DNA of 64,000 bases from assembly GCA_043228905.1 (NCBI GenBank), contig JBHGNT010000016.1, positions 14,012,001 through 14,076,000 on the forward strand, written 5' to 3'. The notes beneath the pieces are model-generated. The model was not told the DNA's origin, did not search any database, and worked only from the letters and a program-made list of their open reading frames with translations. Shown here piece by piece: positions 38,701 through 53,100 of this stretch. The stretch is from Azolla caroliniana. Lineage: Eukaryota; Plantae; Polypodiophyta. The number at the start of each line of letters is the position of its first letter. Positions within the stretch are counted from its first letter, which is position 1. The position numbers were made by a program, and so were the translations under genes.

Positions 38701-41700
38701 CGTAAAATACCGAGCTCCCTGGAGACGGTCAATTAGATCGTCAGCCCGGGGCAATGGATACGAATTCTTGATCGTCACTTTATTCAAGCGTCGGTAATTA
38801 ATACACAGACGCCATGTGCCCTCTTTCTTTTTAACCAAGAGAACTGGTGCACCCCATGGAGATTTACTATAACGTATATAACCCATTCGTAAATAGTCCT
38901 TGAGTTGCTTAGATACCTCATCTTCTTCGGATCGACTTAAGCGATACGGAGGTATACTTATTGGTGCAACACCAGGTACAATATCTATACGATGGTCTAT
39001 ATTACGTTTAGGAGGTAACCCATCAGGTAGTTCACTTGGAAAAACATCATGAAAATCATTTAAGATTTCATCAAGTTGTTGTTGTTCAAAATATGTTAAT
39101 TGAATCGGGACATTATCGATATTGTAAACGTGAATGTCCGGATCAAGTACACAATAAAATAACGTAGAACAAGACAACTCGGATATTGATGGACACGAGG
39201 AAACAATCGAGAGGGATTGTTTTTTTACACATTGAATAAAATGCGTACAATCGTTCAGTACAAAAGAAATGGAATGACGAACCCAATCAATCAATAAAGA
39301 AGAGTTTTTATTATAAAACCAGGGATAACCCAGTATTACATCGGTGGTACAAAGATTCATTACATGGAAGTCTACTTCCTCTATATAAGTATCAATAGAA
39401 ATTCCTAATGAATGAATCGCCCCGTTGATGTATTGTACTCTTCCATCAGCCAAGTGCACCGTGTAGGTGTGATCACTTACGGTGGGTTGGATTCCCCATA
39501 TCTGAACCAAACGATCATTCACAAAATTGTGTGAGCTTCCCGAATCAAATAAAAATTGTACGGGAGATCCATTGATATACCCGTTTGCACGTAGTAAATC
39601 ATTGGGACCCAATACATGGTGAGGGAAAGAACATTGACAATTACTTAAATGATGTGTATAGACCTGAAGGACATTAGGAATCTGACCTTTATGGTCTGCA
39701 GCTTTAGCTTTGTTGTCGTGCTCTTTCCGTTGGAGCTTTCGACATTGATCTTTTGTATGACCCTTCTTTTTGCAGAATACACAAAAAGGATGTTGTCGCT
39801 TACAATCGCGATCCAGGAATTCGTTGGGTGTCTTGCGTTTCCCAACAAATTGCAACTGCTTAGTCCCGGGCGCCTCGTTGGGTTTGTTATGGTCCTTCTT
39901 CGAAGTGCGTTGATAGCGAAGAACTATTTCAACGGCCTCTTCGAAGGATTTTGGATCCTTATCGTGCACTATCCAGTGATAGTCCGAATTGGGGATGCCA
40001 TTGACAAAACAAGCTATCAACCAATTGTCCCCTTCTAGACCCGATTTTTGGATTTGGGTTCTAGCATGGTGAACATAGTCTTCTAGCGAGGAAAATTTCC
40101 TGCTAGAGAGGTTCATTAAAGCTTGTGCTGCCTCGGTTCGAGAGGGAGGTTGCAGAAATTGGCCCTTAAAAACCGTGACAAAATCAGTCCAGGTATCGGG
40201 CAATTTCCCCATAGTACGGAGGCCACGCCACCAAGCGGCGGCCTTACCCCCGAGTTCTCGGCCGACATATGCAATCTTCGTACTATCTGGCGTGGGATAG
40301 AGCTCAAAATGAGACTCCCATCGTCCCAGCCATGTGCAGATTGCTTCTTCGGTTCTTTCCTTTTTGTCTCCCGTAAATGGCTTAACGACAAATGATGGTT
40401 CACCTTGTCGCTCATCAGGTCTATTAGTCTCACGTTGTAGACTAATGACACGTGCCTCAAGAGCACTTTGAGATTGCCGAAGTTCGGTCATCTGCTGAGC
40501 GGTGAAACTAAGAAATTGGGTTATTTGTGCCAAATACATCTCAGTGGACATTTGTCCAGGAGGATTCCCTTGAGTTCCTTCCGCTTGAGCGGATGACATC
40601 GGGTCGTTAATTTGAGCCATTAAAGATAATTTCTGGAAAAGAAATAGGATAAGGTCAGAGATATAGTCATAACATCATGTCGTGATGTAAACATATCATG
40701 GGCGAGCATTAATCGATATCATTATCTCACGTCAATACCCCTCTAGACGTATGAGATGAGGTTCAAGATCTGGTTACTATGGTAACACAAAGGTGTTTTA
40801 AAAACCATGGGGGTGACAAATAAATGTCTTTCCCTGATCTCTATATCGATTTTTTCATGGTGGCTCCCCGAGGCTCAACCATGTATGTTCGCGTCATGAA
40901 TAGTTTATACACGAAAAAAATGTTAATAATAAACTATGTTTCGGTGCCCACATATGTGGTTTCGGCTCTTTAAGTCCTATTACGAGGACCCCGAGGTGCA
41001 CTTAGACCTTAAGTCTAAACATGTGGTATAGTCATATGTATCAAGGATGTTGTATGGTCTTGGTCATATTTGAACTCGAGACCTCGAGAACAAATACATT
41101 AAACACTTGAGCCAACCAAGTAAGTTGGTCTTCTCGAATGTTTAATGTTTGATGCGTATAAGAGATATGCGAGGCAATTGATCATATATGTTTTTTTAAA
41201 AGAACATATATGTCAAGGGTCCTTATTTCGCCCTCATTTACCAAAACTATGTTGGTACGTTACCTAACCTCAAGTCTCGTAATTACGATGGCATACGCCA
41301 AAGTGCAACCTAATGGTCAAGCCAAATGAGCCCTTGTTTCGTAGTAGGCTCACGTGGGCCATCACATGGTCACGTCATTACGAATGCCTCTCGTAAGAAC
41401 GAGCTCATGGTGGCATCGTATCCATGTAACGAGGGAGGGATGTTGGATACGTGCGTCATTGGAGCGACCTCACTTGAAGTGGGTCAAGCCCTACGTACTC
41501 AACATCATTATGGCTATTGCGTTTTTTTACGTAACGAAATCGAGGTCATCAACGGGGTTGTCAACAATCAAAAATTGTTGAAAAAGGGATGGTGACAACG
41601 CCATTCTCACAAAAATGTGAGGACGGCCACCAACATCCTTTTCCCGACCATGACAACTTTCGATATAATCACGTAATAACGAATATACACATATGTTTAC

Positions 41701-42763
41701 TTATCACATATATACGATCAAATACGTATATATGTGACCACATATGCCTATATTAAACATATCGTTATATTAAATAGCCACAAATGATGTGATCGAGATA
41801 CGTAATCGAGGTATATACCTCTACGCACACGAAACATCCACAAATAAGAGATCATCGTAATACGCAATGGAGGTATTGACCTCTTACGCATACGAGACCA
41901 AACGCATATCGTTTACAACAAATCAAGGTATTAAACTCATACGCAAACGTAACATATGTTCGTGAACGTAATACGTAATTGAGGTATTAACCTCGTACGC
42001 ATACGACACTCATCACATATTATTAACATGTCAAACGAGGTATTGACCTCGTGCACATATGTAAACGTTTTAGATAATCAATTAAAGACCATTACAACAT
42101 CATTGACTTAATGAAAAAAAATTACATATAAACTAAACACATGATTAGATGGGAGAAGAGAGAATAGAAAGAAAAATTATGGAAAGAGTTACCGAAGTTC
42201 TTTGTTGATTGTTGTCTGGATCAAGGCCAACCGCACAACGATCGATCAGCATCAATCAAAAGACAAATGAAAAACAAAGAAACATTAGTACAAAAATCTG
42301 ATACCAAATATTATAGATCTAGATACTAATGTAAGCTTAAGATAAGGATAATGAAAAGATAGATAGAAAGGAGAAAGAGAAAGAAGGGTGCCGATCCACC
42401 CGACCACCCCCGAGCGAAGGGATCGAGACGGACTCGAGCCTCGATCGGCGTCCCATACCACCGCCGTGGCGTCGAGTCGTACCTGGTGCTGGCGCGCTCG
42501 CTACAAGAGTTGACCCACCACACGAGCAGAGTCTCGATGTAGTCAAAAGATGATCAAATGAGGGTAGCTAGGCCTCTTATTTATAGCGATACCCAAGGCC
42601 CCCAGGCAAGTTCACACTTGACCTAATGGGTTGTCTCAATCCCAAGGATTAAAAGTAATCCTCCCCTTCTTCACACTCTCGTTTAACCCTCACACTTATC
42701 CACGTGTATAGAATACTACGGTAAATTCTTACCACTGGATATTATATGGTCATGCCCGTAACA
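35746..42763 (-). mobile_element. Young full-length Gypsy chromovirus; LTRs 42309-42763 and 35746-36200 (455 bp)
   Basis: TSD TATAG on both sides; three LTR differences seen by eye; PBS TGGTATCAGA; PPT AAAGAGGGGGAG. Confidence 0.95.
36187..40620 (-). CDS. Gag-Pol polyprotein with chromodomain (1477 aa)
   Basis: Uninterrupted ORF: gag, [20 protein letters not shown] protease, FLDD RT, DAS RNase H, HHCC + DDE integrase, GPF, C-terminal chromodomain (..KW..ATWE). Confidence 0.95.
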   Translation of the reverse strand: MAQINDPMSSAQAEGTQGNPPGQMSTEMYLAQITQFLSFTAQQMTELRQSQSALEARVISLQRETNRPDERQGEPSFVVKPFTGDKKERTEEAICTWLGRWESHFELYPTPDSTKIAYVGRELGGKAAAWWRGLRTMGKLPDTWTDFVTVFKGQFLQPPSRTEAAQALMNLSSRKFSSLEDYVHHARTQIQKSGLEGDNWLIACFVNGIPNSDYHWIVHDKDPKSFEEAVEIVLRYQRTSKKDHNKPNEAPGTKQLQFVGKRKTPNEFLDRDCKRQHPFCVFCKKKGHTKDQCRKLQRKEHDNKAKAADHKGQIPNVLQVYTHHLSNCQCSFPHHVLGPNDLLRANGYINGSPVQFLFDSGSSHNFVNDRLVQIWGIQPTVSDHTYTVHLADGRVQYINGAIHSLGISIDTYIEEVDFHVMNLCTTDVILGYPWFYNKNSSLLIDWVRHSISFVLNDCTHFIQCVKKQSLSIVSSCPSISELSCSTLFYCVLDPDIHVYNIDNVPIQLTYFEQQQLDEILNDFHDVFPSELPDGLPPKRNIDHRIDIVPGVAPISIPPYRLSRSEEDEVSKQLKDYLRMGYIRYSKSPWGAPVLLVKKKEGTWRLCINYRRLNKVTIKNSYPLPRADDLIDRLQGARYFTKLDLRTGYHQIRISEDDVPKTAFRTRYGHYEFLVMPFGLTNAPATFQQEMNDIFREQLGKFVVIFLDDILVYSRTLQEHARHVRFVLQTLRDKQFYAKISKCEFFKKSITYLGHLITERGVEIDPSRIEKIKLWPTLRNIREVRSFLGFVGFLRKSLRNYSQLTTPFTDLLKGQKRKSTKPIVWNATLDLAFKELKDLVCKAPSLLLPDPSKPFEVETDASDYAIGAVLYQDGKPIAFESKKLDSAQCRYTVQEKELFAVIHALKTWRHYLYGNHFVVTTDHEFLKYFCDQQDLKGRKARWADLIQDFDFSIRYRKGSMNIVADALSRIREVNTLSFTEISSDLYDHLRGKYPDDSYFAKYWAKVESGTDTTTSSKEYFHIANGLLYRNGKVCVPDLPEVKKRILFECHDAPSAGHPGIHRTLVLISTQFYWPKMRPDIHSYVTKCHQCQVNKSERLKAAGLLHPLDIPNNKWESISMDFIVSLPRTQKGHDAIWVVVDRLTKMARFIATKTTVTAPELAYQFVDELFRFYGLPMDIVSDRDPKFTSDFWKQVFKKLETTLSMSSTDHPQSDGQTERVNQIIEDMLRAYVGAKPTKWERYLPILEFAYNSSKHTSTGYSPFMLMYGFQPRAPIDVTIHHDELRSTQNFLRDMQDMLHIARDNIKTAQDRARFYADHHRQPRVFNPGQKVFLRVPHNSKTLSTGKCAKLAPRFCGPFTVLKRIGSSAYRLALPDGVGIHPVFHVSRLKELLGSGDNTVTTETLVTSEELSSKPHVPKRILDVKTKKLRTKEIREFKIKWMDKSIKDATWERENTLRTNFPNFPLQECNVLKRGSMLRA

Positions 42764-45700
42764 TATAGCTTGAGATTGACATGTTCCTCTGTTGGATGCT
42801 ATTTAGCTCCTGACGAAGCTGGAGCTTGCGTGCGGTCATGTTGGCTGCAAAAATCTTTCTGAGATTTTCCCATGCCTGCTTCAACATTTTTGCCTCTTGA
42901 ATGTAGAGAAGCATATGATCATGAACGCATGATGCTAGACAATACAACACACAGCTCGCAACCTGCTCCCAAGCGGGATAGTCGACGTGTGTTGGGTTGG
43001 GTTGCATTTTGTGAGCTTCTTCAATGTAGCTCCAGTAACCTTGTCCTACAAGGTATTGATGCATCTTGTACTCCCAAGATGCAAAGTTCGTTTTGTCAAG
43101 CTTTTCACAGGAAGGCCGCTTCCCATCTGAGTGTTCATGGTGATTTCTACTTCTGTTGATTAGCCGGTTCTGTTGATCGTCGGCGTGCAGCACAACATAA
43201 TTGAATAGGTGTGATCAGACAACCACACGCTCTTATACCATGTTAAGAAATGGAGTCTGTGGTGATTGCAATGCAGCGGAAGATGAGAGACTATGTGTGT
43301 GTGTGTGTGTAGCAATAGAGAGAGAGAGAGAGAGTGAGAGCTCAAGACAGAGATAATCAAACTGTATATTACATAAGACTTCCAACAACAACTAAGTTAC
43401 AATGTGTTGGTTTATATACCAACTAAGCTAGGGCAAGCGCCCTTTCTACTATTTACAAAACTAGCCTGGTATGTCCATGGGCTAGTGTGAACCTATGGGA
43501 AGTTGAGTTCGATTCTCAACATCCTTGTCAGCTCTTAATAGTTGAATTTCGACTGCCTGTTTCGACCATGTTTGCCACCCTTTGTCCAAAGAATCAGATA
43601 CTAACTTCAAAGTGTTGATTCTATGGCGTTTCAATATTGCCTTAATTTTTTCTTCATCCATACTTGCCCTGTATTGTGCTTCTGCCAATTGTTTGCGTAA
43701 ATCTGTTATTTGTGCAGTAGTTGATCCTTCTGCTTGCATGAGCTTGGCCTCTGTGACCAACAGGTCCAATCTTTGCCTTTCATACTAATCTTTGAGTTTT
43801 GTGCAACGATTTTTTAATTCAGAATTCGTCAATTCCCATTGTCGCTTGTCGTCTTTCATGTGCCTCTTGTACAACTATACTTTTAAGCTTTGCTTCCACC
43901 ATCTGATCAACAAAATAATCCTCCTGAATACGCACATATTCTTCTAATTCGAGTATCTACTCCTCATTTTGCTTTTCTTCTCTTGCTGTTGTGCCAGCTA
44001 TCGTTTGAGCCTTTGTATTGCTGCATCTTTTGCATCTAGCCATTTGCCAACTTCTGTTTTAGCCAAAAGTAGCCTCTTTCTACCTTTTTGGCCCTTGCGT
44101 TGGCTTCTTCTGTTCGTGCTGTTGCAGATCGAGTAGATGCTTCTGCTTCTTGCAATCTTTGTTTCAGTTCCTGCTCAGAGTCAGAAAGGTTGTTTGGTTG
44201 TTGGCGTGTTAATAATTCTTCTTTGGCTTTCTTTAGTTTTTCTTCAGTTTGTTGGCATTTCTCTGACAGTTCTTGTTTTTCAGCCTGCGTTCTTGTATAT
44301 TTCTCATTCAAAACTTCCGACGCTGCCGTTGCTTTTTTGTATAAATCAGCCATATCTTTGGCTGCTCTGCTTGCTCGTTCATATTCCTTGTGCATTTCCA
44401 CCAGTGCCTCCTGCAAGGGAGGCATCTGTATCGCTTCCCCCTTATTTTTGGCATTTCGCTATCGGCCTATCCTTTCAACCTCCTGTTGTTCTTCCGGCTC
44501 GAAAACTCCACTTAAGGATTTTTGAATCATTATATTATCTTGATGCTCCCGTGTCATTCTTTCAGACACCTCACATAACTTGTGTGCTAACCATTCTACT
44601 AACTCATAAGACGTACCAAATTGTAGAATGTCTACTAGTTTGTGCGTTGCTGGAGGAATGTCAGAAAAGCTTGTCGCTTCCCGTACTGTTGTTACCGATG
44701 TTTGGCCTTTTTGAATTCTCTTGTATTGTTTAGATTAACACGAGTTGCCGGTTGTGAAACTTGCCCCGCCATTCTTTGCTTTTTCTGTGCAGGTTCACCC
44801 TGCTGTGCTTGTGGAAATCGTTGTGACCTTTGCTTGACTCGATGCGATCTTTCCTCAGTAGGGAGTGGAACTTGTTGCCATGCCTCCATTGATCACTCCG
44901 ATTCAGTGTTGATTGCTGTTGGGTTGGGTTGGTAAGTTGGTGGTAAGGTTGGAAGAGGCATTGAGGTTGGCCTCGCAGTCTGTGCTGCCTCTGGTACCTG
45001 TGTAGCTTCTTGTCGGATTGGTTCCGACTGAATCTTATCGACCTGTATCAATCCTCCTTCTTGCCATTCCTCTCGTTGTACTTGCCTTCTGGCTCTGGGA
45101 GTTGTTCGTGTCCTTGTCTGTCTTTGTTCCTCCTGTTGGTTCTCTGAACTCGGTGTCGGAAATAGCACCAACAACCATCGTGCAAAAATTGGCTTCATTG
45201 GCTTGCTTGTTTGCACCCCCAACAGCTGCTCTATGAGAGCTTTTGCCGTCAATAATCCCCAATCAAATTTTTCGCCTTCATAAGTGGCAATAATAAAGCC
45301 TGCCCGCTTTTTCGGCATGCAGTAAAACCTGGGGCTGACGAATCCTACCTCAAGTAAGAAATTTGTCACTTCGTGAAAGAATTCATCTTCCCCTCCATTT
45401 GTCTGATAGGCTTTTGCTGATGGGGAGTATTCACCGAAATACGAACGCAACATCTCCTTGTCCATCTTCTGGACTGCAACAAACCCTTCCCTTTTTAAAT
45501 TTAGAACGCGACGTACTTGTTTATTTGTAATCTTGACCACGTCAATTCGTTGGAGGATTTCAGTAGCTCTTGGGTGAGTATCTATATCTGCGACTTTCAA
45601 ATAGCCTTGTAGACCCTTGTCGACAAGCCACTGTCAAAGGTTATCAGAGACTGCGATCAGCATGAGTTCTTCTTCAACAGAAAGATCATAGTTTTGTACT

Positions 45701-47112
45701 GAAGGCAACGAAGGACTTTGTCTATGGTGATTGATAATAGAAAAGTTTTGTGCGCGAAGGAGTTTCTGTTTCTGTGGTGAGACACAAGATGAAAGAATAG
45801 GTTTTAATGAAATAAATCGTTGCATGATGCCTAGGGAATAGCAGAGCTACTATTAATGAAAGTAATAGTTCTAGAAATATCAATAATAGCACCACCACTC
45901 GTATTAATGGTTGGATGATTCCTGACCACTATTTAACTTATTGTCTGAAAATGACCATGCCAAGAATGTCTAGTTATGACAGTTAGTTCTATTGCCAATA
46001 TTTGATTTTGAATTTTTTTTTAATAATAATAATATTTACATTTGTGTGACGTATGCCACGTCACGTTGTGTCTGATTTAACCCGAAACGGATTTTCCGGC
46101 ATTGACCCGTGATAGGGTTTGAGCTGAAAACCATTTAACCATTTTGGTAAAATTCCTCCTGTCAGTGTGCCAACTTGATACGTACCATTTTTACTATTAA
46201 CAATCCAGAATGGTCCCTTCCACCGGAATCGAAGTTTTCTAGGCATACACCCCATTTTAGTTTGAAAAACTAAAACCGATTTTCCAACTTCAAATTGGTT
46301 TTCTTTTTTACTTCTATGTCGGTCTACAAATGCCTTTGTTTGTCATTTTTTCTCTAATGCCGACATTGCTTGAATTCGACTTTCCTCTAACAACAATAGT
46401 TGTTGCTTCCAAACATGTTTTGATTTTTCTTCATCTAGTCTTTCGGTAAGTTGTATCCGCAGTGTTAGAACTTGAAATTCTATCGACATTACCGCTTCTA
46501 ATCCAAATGCCATTCTAAATGGAGTGGATTTAAGAGCCGTCTTATATGATGTACGATATGCCCATAGAGCACTATTTAACTTTTGATCCCAATCTGTTCT
46601 ATTCTCATTGACAATTTTCTTGAGAATCATTTGCAGTATTTTGTTTGTGGATTCTGCTAGTCCATTAGCTTGTGGGTAGTAAGGGGTACTTTCCTTATGC
46701 ACTACAACATAATATGTTGATAATTCATGTATAATTTTATTAATGAAATGAGTACCTTGATCGCTTACTAATTTGATGGGACACCAAAATCGGCACCATA
46801 TACTTTCGTACAAGAATTTTGCTGTTGATGCTGCCATGTTATCTCGTAAGGGTTTAGCTTCTACCCATTTAGTGTAGTAATCGGTAGCCACTATAATATA
46901 TCGTTTTCTTGTTCTCATTGCTACTGGTTTAAATGGGCCGACGAAATCTAGTCCCCATTTCTGGAACGGCTCCAGAGGTAAGACAGGTTGAAATGGCCTT
47001 CTGTCTTTTTCGGTTGGTTGACCTATTCGTTGGCATAAGTCACATTTTCGACAGTATTCGACTGCATCCTTCATGATTGTCGGCCACCACAATCCACTGC
47101 TCCAGATTTTCC

Positions 47113-50100
47113 AGGTGGGTGATACACTCATAATCAGAGTGTTGTAATATCTACCTTGTACATCCACTATGTATAGTGAAGTTTCTACTCTCTCGTGGTT
47201 TTCTTCCGTTTTAGGGTTTCCACGTAAATCTAAAACGGAAGAACCCTGTGTGGGTGATACACTCATAATCAGAGTGTTGTAATCTCTACCTTGTACATTC
47301 ACTGTATATAGTGAAGTTTCTACTCTCTCGTGGTTTTCTTCCGTTTTAGGGTTTCCACATAAATCTCTGTGTACTGTGTCGTTGTCTGCCTGTATTGTGT
47401 ATTTTTTAGCATCGTTTGATCTTGTGGTTTTACGAATCGATTCTCAACATATTGGTATCAGAGCTTGAGGTACAAGCATGGAAGGAGGTGTGAGCGGCTT
47501 CCCAGGCATGATAGTTCTAAACTCATAGACTATGCAAATTGGAAGATAAAGATGGAGGACCTTCTCATAGTCAAAGACCTGTACGAGCCAGTTGATAGAG
47601 CAGATATACCCAGGGGGGTATTGGAGTCGGATTGGAAACTTCTTAACAGAAAGGCGGTGGCTACCATCCGACAATGCATCGACGTAAGTGTCTTGCAACA
47701 TGTGGCGAACGACACAAATGCACACGAGATGTGGCAAAAGTTGTCAGGTCTATATGAGAGGAAGAACGCGCTCAATAAAACCTCACTGATGACAAAGATC
47801 GTATGGCTGAAATATAGGGATGGTGAGAGCATCGTCGAACACATCAACACATTCATGGGGTATGTGAATCAACTTGTTGCAACCAAGTTTCCTCTGGATG
47901 ATGCAATGCAGGCCATTCTGATGATGTGCACATAGTCGGATAGTTGGGAGAACCTAGTGGTTACTCTCAACACCTCTTGTCAGGAAGAGAACTTGTCTTT
48001 AGAAATTGTAAAGACAAGCATCCTAAATGAGGAGGCTAGGAGGAAGGACAAGGGAGTCCTATCCCAGTCAGAGTCGAATGTAACACAACATTCAGACAGA
48101 GGAAGGAACCGGCAAAGAAGTCCACCAAGGAGAGAAAAGTCCCAAGCTAGATCGAAATCCAGAGGTAAGCTAGTGTGCTTTTACTGTGGTAAACCTGGAC
48201 ACTTCTAGAAGGACTTCCGACACTTGAGAAAAGACAAGGGTTTCAAAAACAATGTCGAACCCAAGAAGATTCCTGATGAGAAGAACACTTCTGCCATTGC
48301 TACGAGCAATGAAGAACTGTTGTTCTTCTATGAACAAAAAAATGCAAATCTTGCAAGTGAAGAATGCACTTGGGTGATCGATTCTGGGGCATCGTTCCAC
48401 ATAACTCCGTCGAGAGAGTATTTCTTGACTTACATAGCCGGAGATCACGTGAAAATGGGTGATAGTGGAGAGTGCAAGATAACCGGAGTCAGAAGTGTGT
48501 GCTTGATGACGTCGACGTGGTGTCGACTGAATTTGAAGGATGTTTGACATGTCCCCGATATCAGATTGAATATGATATCGACTTGAAGGTAAGATGACAA
48601 AGGCTATAGTGGTAACTTTCGGAATGGCAAGTGGAAGTTCTGCCGAGGAAATCTTATAGTGTCTTGAGCACAGAAAGAAGGCACATTATATATGATGCAT
48701 GCCCGACTGTGCAAATTGGAAGTAAATGTGGCAGCTGACTCAACAGGAGAGATATGGCATAAGAGGCTCGGCCACATGAGTGAGAAAGGAATGCACCTGC
48801 TAGCCGACCAAAAGCTTCTACCAAAAGTCAAGGGAGTGCACCTGGAGAAGTGCGTCGACTGCTTAGTCGGAAAGCAGAATAGATCAACATTCCACACAAG
48901 ACCACCAAGAAGAAGAGAAGCTGCACTAGAACTGGTACGCACAGATGTGTGTTATGTCGATGCTCCATCACATCGAAGTGGACAGTACTTTGTGACGTTC
49001 ATCGACGACTATAGTCGGAAGACATGCGCCTTGGTACTGAAGTCGAAGGATAAAGTACTGTCAGTTTTCAAGGAGTTCCAGGCTAGAATTGAATGAGAGT
49101 CGGGTCGGAAGTTGAATGTTGTTCGAACCAACAATGGTGGCGAGTATAGAGGGAAATTCGAGGAGTACTGCAAGTGCCAAGGTATTCGAATCGAATACAC
49201 AGTGCCAAAGACCCTAGAGTTGAACGGGCTTGCAGAGATGATGAATTGAACAATCATGGAGAGGGTAACGAGCATGCTCTCTCATGCGAAACTGCCAAAA
49301 TCCTATTGGGCTAAGGCGCTGTACACAACTATTTATCTGATCAACAGGTCTCCCTAAGTACCATTAAAGGGTGATGTCCCACAGAGAGTGTGGATAGGGA
49401 AAGATGTCTCCTACCAACACCTAAGGGTGTTCGGATATTTGGGGTATATGCATGTACTGAAGGATCAGAGGTCAAAGCTCGACAGTAAGTCGAAAGCATG
49501 GATATTCATGGGATACTCGGAAGATGATTTCGGCTATAGGCTATGAGACCTAGTCGACAAGAAGGTAGTGAGAAGTCGGGACATAGTCTTTCTTGAAGAT
49601 AAAACGATTGCAAACTCGATGCAACAGAAGTCAGATATGACTCCCTAGTCAACCCCAACTATCGTTGATCTAAGGTCAAGTGAAGCAACAACGTCGGCTG
49701 TTTGGAGACGACCAGTCGGCACAGCGGAATCCAAGTCAGTCGACTCGGAGAGACCGATCGACTATGAGTCAGAGTCGGCAGAGCTGCTAAGGTCAATTGA
49801 AGAGTATGAGTTAGAGTCATCCAACATGGAGATGTTGATTGACGTGTACGAACCTGAGCGGAGAGAAGAGTTGGCAGAGACATCCAAAAGAGAGCCAACA
49901 ACGAGTGGAAAGAGATGCCCACTTAGAAAAAGGAAAGCACTGACAACATATGCCAGTTGTCATGATATGGAAGGACTCGAACCCATGTCCTTATGTTATA
50001 TGGGTCGAGCTCTGGACCATTATACCATCTATTGTAATACGTATGATATTATTTTCATTTAAGTTTTATTATAGGAAATTAATGTATATTCTAGATTTCT

Positions 50101-53100
50101 CTGGAACATTCTAGAAGCTTCAAGATTACTCCTGAGAACACTATAAAAGAAGGCACTAGGCATTATGTTGAACCAAATTGGTTCAAACTGTCAGGAATAG
50201 TACTAAAGCAACAACATACTATACTATACTCCTACCCTTTTCCCTATACTATGGCTACTGTTAGCGCCCAAGAATATCAATTCGTTTTCTCTGAGCTCCA
50301 GTGCCTAAAAGAAAAATTTGTTGCCTTGGAACAAGAAAACCAACGGCTGATAGGGGATCTGCAACAAATCGCTCTAGAAAAACAACAAACGTAGCAACAA
50401 CATGGGGAGTTAGCGTTACGGGTACAACAACTCCAAGCAACATTGCAACAACAAGGATCGAGTCCCCAAGGATTTCATAAAGAGCCAAAGATTGGACTTC
50501 CTGTGAAATTTGATGGAATGCGATCGCAATTCTGGGGATTCCTTAATCAGGTACGATTGGTCATCCAAATGCATCCTTCCCGATACCCCACTGATGCATC
50601 CTGAGTCGGCCTAATAGGCACGTTGCTTAGTGGCTCAGCCTTAGCATGGTTCGCTCCGATTCTAGAAAAACAATCACCCTTGCTTAATAACTTTGAAGAT
50701 TTTATTAGTGAGTTTAAAGCCTGCTTTGGAGACACTAACAACATCAGAACGGCGATCAACAAGATCGGATGATTGCGTCAAGGCGATCGTCCAACCTCTA
50801 CCTACACGGTGGATTTCCGTCTACTTGCTTCAAATATCCCCTGGGATGATCAAGCACTAATGGAGCAGTTTCGCTACGGCCTGCAAAATGATGTCAAAGA
50901 TCTACTTCTAACATTCCCCGAAGAACCAAAGTCTCTTAGGGCGGCAATTAGTCAAGCGGTCCGATGTGACAACCACCTTTTTGAATGGCGTTCGGAACGT
51001 CAATTACAGATACCACGCTCTAGGCCGGAGCCCACTTACGCCTCAATCGCGGCTAAACCGTTTGCATAAGACATACCTCAAGCAAATACTCCGACACCGA
51101 TGGAGATCAATACCATGCGTCGACGTGGCCCGTTATCGGAAGAAGAAAAGTAATGATGACGTGCAAATCGATTATGTCTTTATTGCGGTGGACCAGGGCA
51201 TATCGCAATCAATTGTCCCCATAGGCCAAGAAGACAGGTAAATCAAATTGTAGCCTGTACTAAACCCGAGTCAATTCTTCCCTTAGGAGTGTCGGATAGT
51301 ATTAATAGTACTAATAGCCCAAGTATGTCAAACAAATTTGAAATCCTTAGTCAATTAGATGAAGAGTTAAACGATTGAGTCTAGCCAAAATAGGAGCTGT
51401 TTGGTTGGACAACCCTAGATCTGTACAACCCATTAGTGGTTCCATCCCCTCCAAGCAAGTTAGCAATGTGTTCCTAGCCCAAGTCATGGTTAGTACTAAA
51501 AGTACTTCCCCAGTACATGTCCTAGCACTTCTAGATTCCGGAGCTAATTCCTGTTTCATGGATCGAAATTTTGCCCTCAAGCCTACTTGTCATTCTCCCT
51601 CATCCTCACGCGTTTCGACTTCAAAATCACATATCGATCGGGGAAGCAGCAAGGAAAAGCAGATGCGCTATCACGACGTTCAAATCTTGCACCTCATCCT
51701 GGTGATCCAGCGTTTGATAATCAAAAGCAAGTAATCTTGGGACCCACACGATTGCACACAACGTGGATTTTTCACACCCCAATGGATTCCCGGATTACCG
51801 ATGCCATACGTGCGACCTTGAAGACAGATAGTTTTGCTCAAGACATTCTGGCGCACATTGATACCTCTCGGGCATCCTGTTCCTAGTTTCAACAACTAGG
51901 TATGGACTACCGACAATTCGAATATCATGATGGTTTGTTTTTCTTTAAAAAGCTGGTATATGTCCCCGATTGCTCCTGTCGTCTTCAAATCATCCAAAGT
52001 TGTCACGACACCCATATGGCGGGACATTTCAGTAGCACTAAGACGTTGGATCTAGTTCAACGATCCTTTTGGTGGCCCCATATGCGACGTTTTGTCGACG
52101 ACTACGTTCGGACCTGTGATGCTTACTGCCGAGCAAAGATGCCACGACACCATCCATATGGCTTGTTGGAAGCCTTACCGATTCGAAGTAAGCCATGGCA
52201 GTCTATTTGTCTTGATTTTATCACAGATCTGCCGGTCTCAAAGGGGTTCGATGCTATCTTAACCGTTGTCGATCGATATATGAAGATGGTCCATTTTGTG
52301 CTGTGTACTAAGGTCATCACTAGCGAGGAAACCGCCACCCTTGTCATGCGTGAGGTATTTCGGCATCATGGCCTCCCAGATAGTATCATCAGTGACTGAG
52401 GACCGCAATTTGTCTCCAAATTTTGGCAGCATCTCTTAGAGATGCTCAAGGTCTCTGGCAACCTCTCCTCCGACTACCATCCTCAGACCGATGGGCAGGT
52501 GGAACGAACAAACCAAACGCTGGAGCAATATCTCTAGTGTTTCCTAAGTTATCAACAGGATGATTGGGTCGAGATTCTCCACTTTGTGGAGTTTGCGTAT
52601 AATAATGTTGTTCACTCCTCGACTCGAGTCTCCCCATTCTACGCTTATACCGATTCTCATCCTCGCTGGTCGGTGATCGACACCCCGGAGCTACCTACCA
52701 ATCCTCGTGCCGAGGATCATTTGGAAAGACTACGCAAGATCCAGATGGATCTCTCTACTCATCTTTGTCATGCTCAACAGACACAGAAGACTTATGCGGA
52801 TCATCATCGGCTTCCCTCCTCTTTTGCCATCGGAGATCGAGTATGGCCTTTACATCGTCACATCAAGACTACTCGACCGTGCGAAAAGTTGGATTATCGT
52901 CGACTCGGTCCTTTCCGTATTCCTGGTAAGGTTAATGATGTCACGTTTCGCCTTGATCTTCCTTCGCATTTTCAGATACATCCGGTCTTCCATAGTTCTC
53001 TTCTTGAACCTTATAAAGCAAACACTCTTCGAGATCGTGTTACACCACCGCCGCCCCCGCTTGAGTTAGACGCTGGCCCGGAGTATGAAGTTGCTGCCAT

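Larger units (their letters stand above)
27010..43521 (-). mobile_element. Full-length Copia element (LTRs 43241-43521 and 27010-27284) containing four later insertions
   Basis: Similar TG..CA LTRs; PBS TGGTATAAGAGC at 43240-43229; TSD TCCCT/TCCTT; gag, CCHC, DSGAS, integrase, YVDD RT and RNase H fragments in order. Confidence 0.92.
26294..47110 (-). mobile_element. Decayed Gypsy (Athila/Tat-like) element: integrase (46061-47110) plus downstream coiled-coil extra ORF, split by the Copia at 27010-43521
   Basis: WGLDFVGP, SDQGTHF, PQANGLAE, WKGPF integrase motifs; extra ORF reads ..IQLLRADK(D) | NQKTQGTRFFKLTEE across the insertion; outer limits approximate. Confidence 0.75.
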
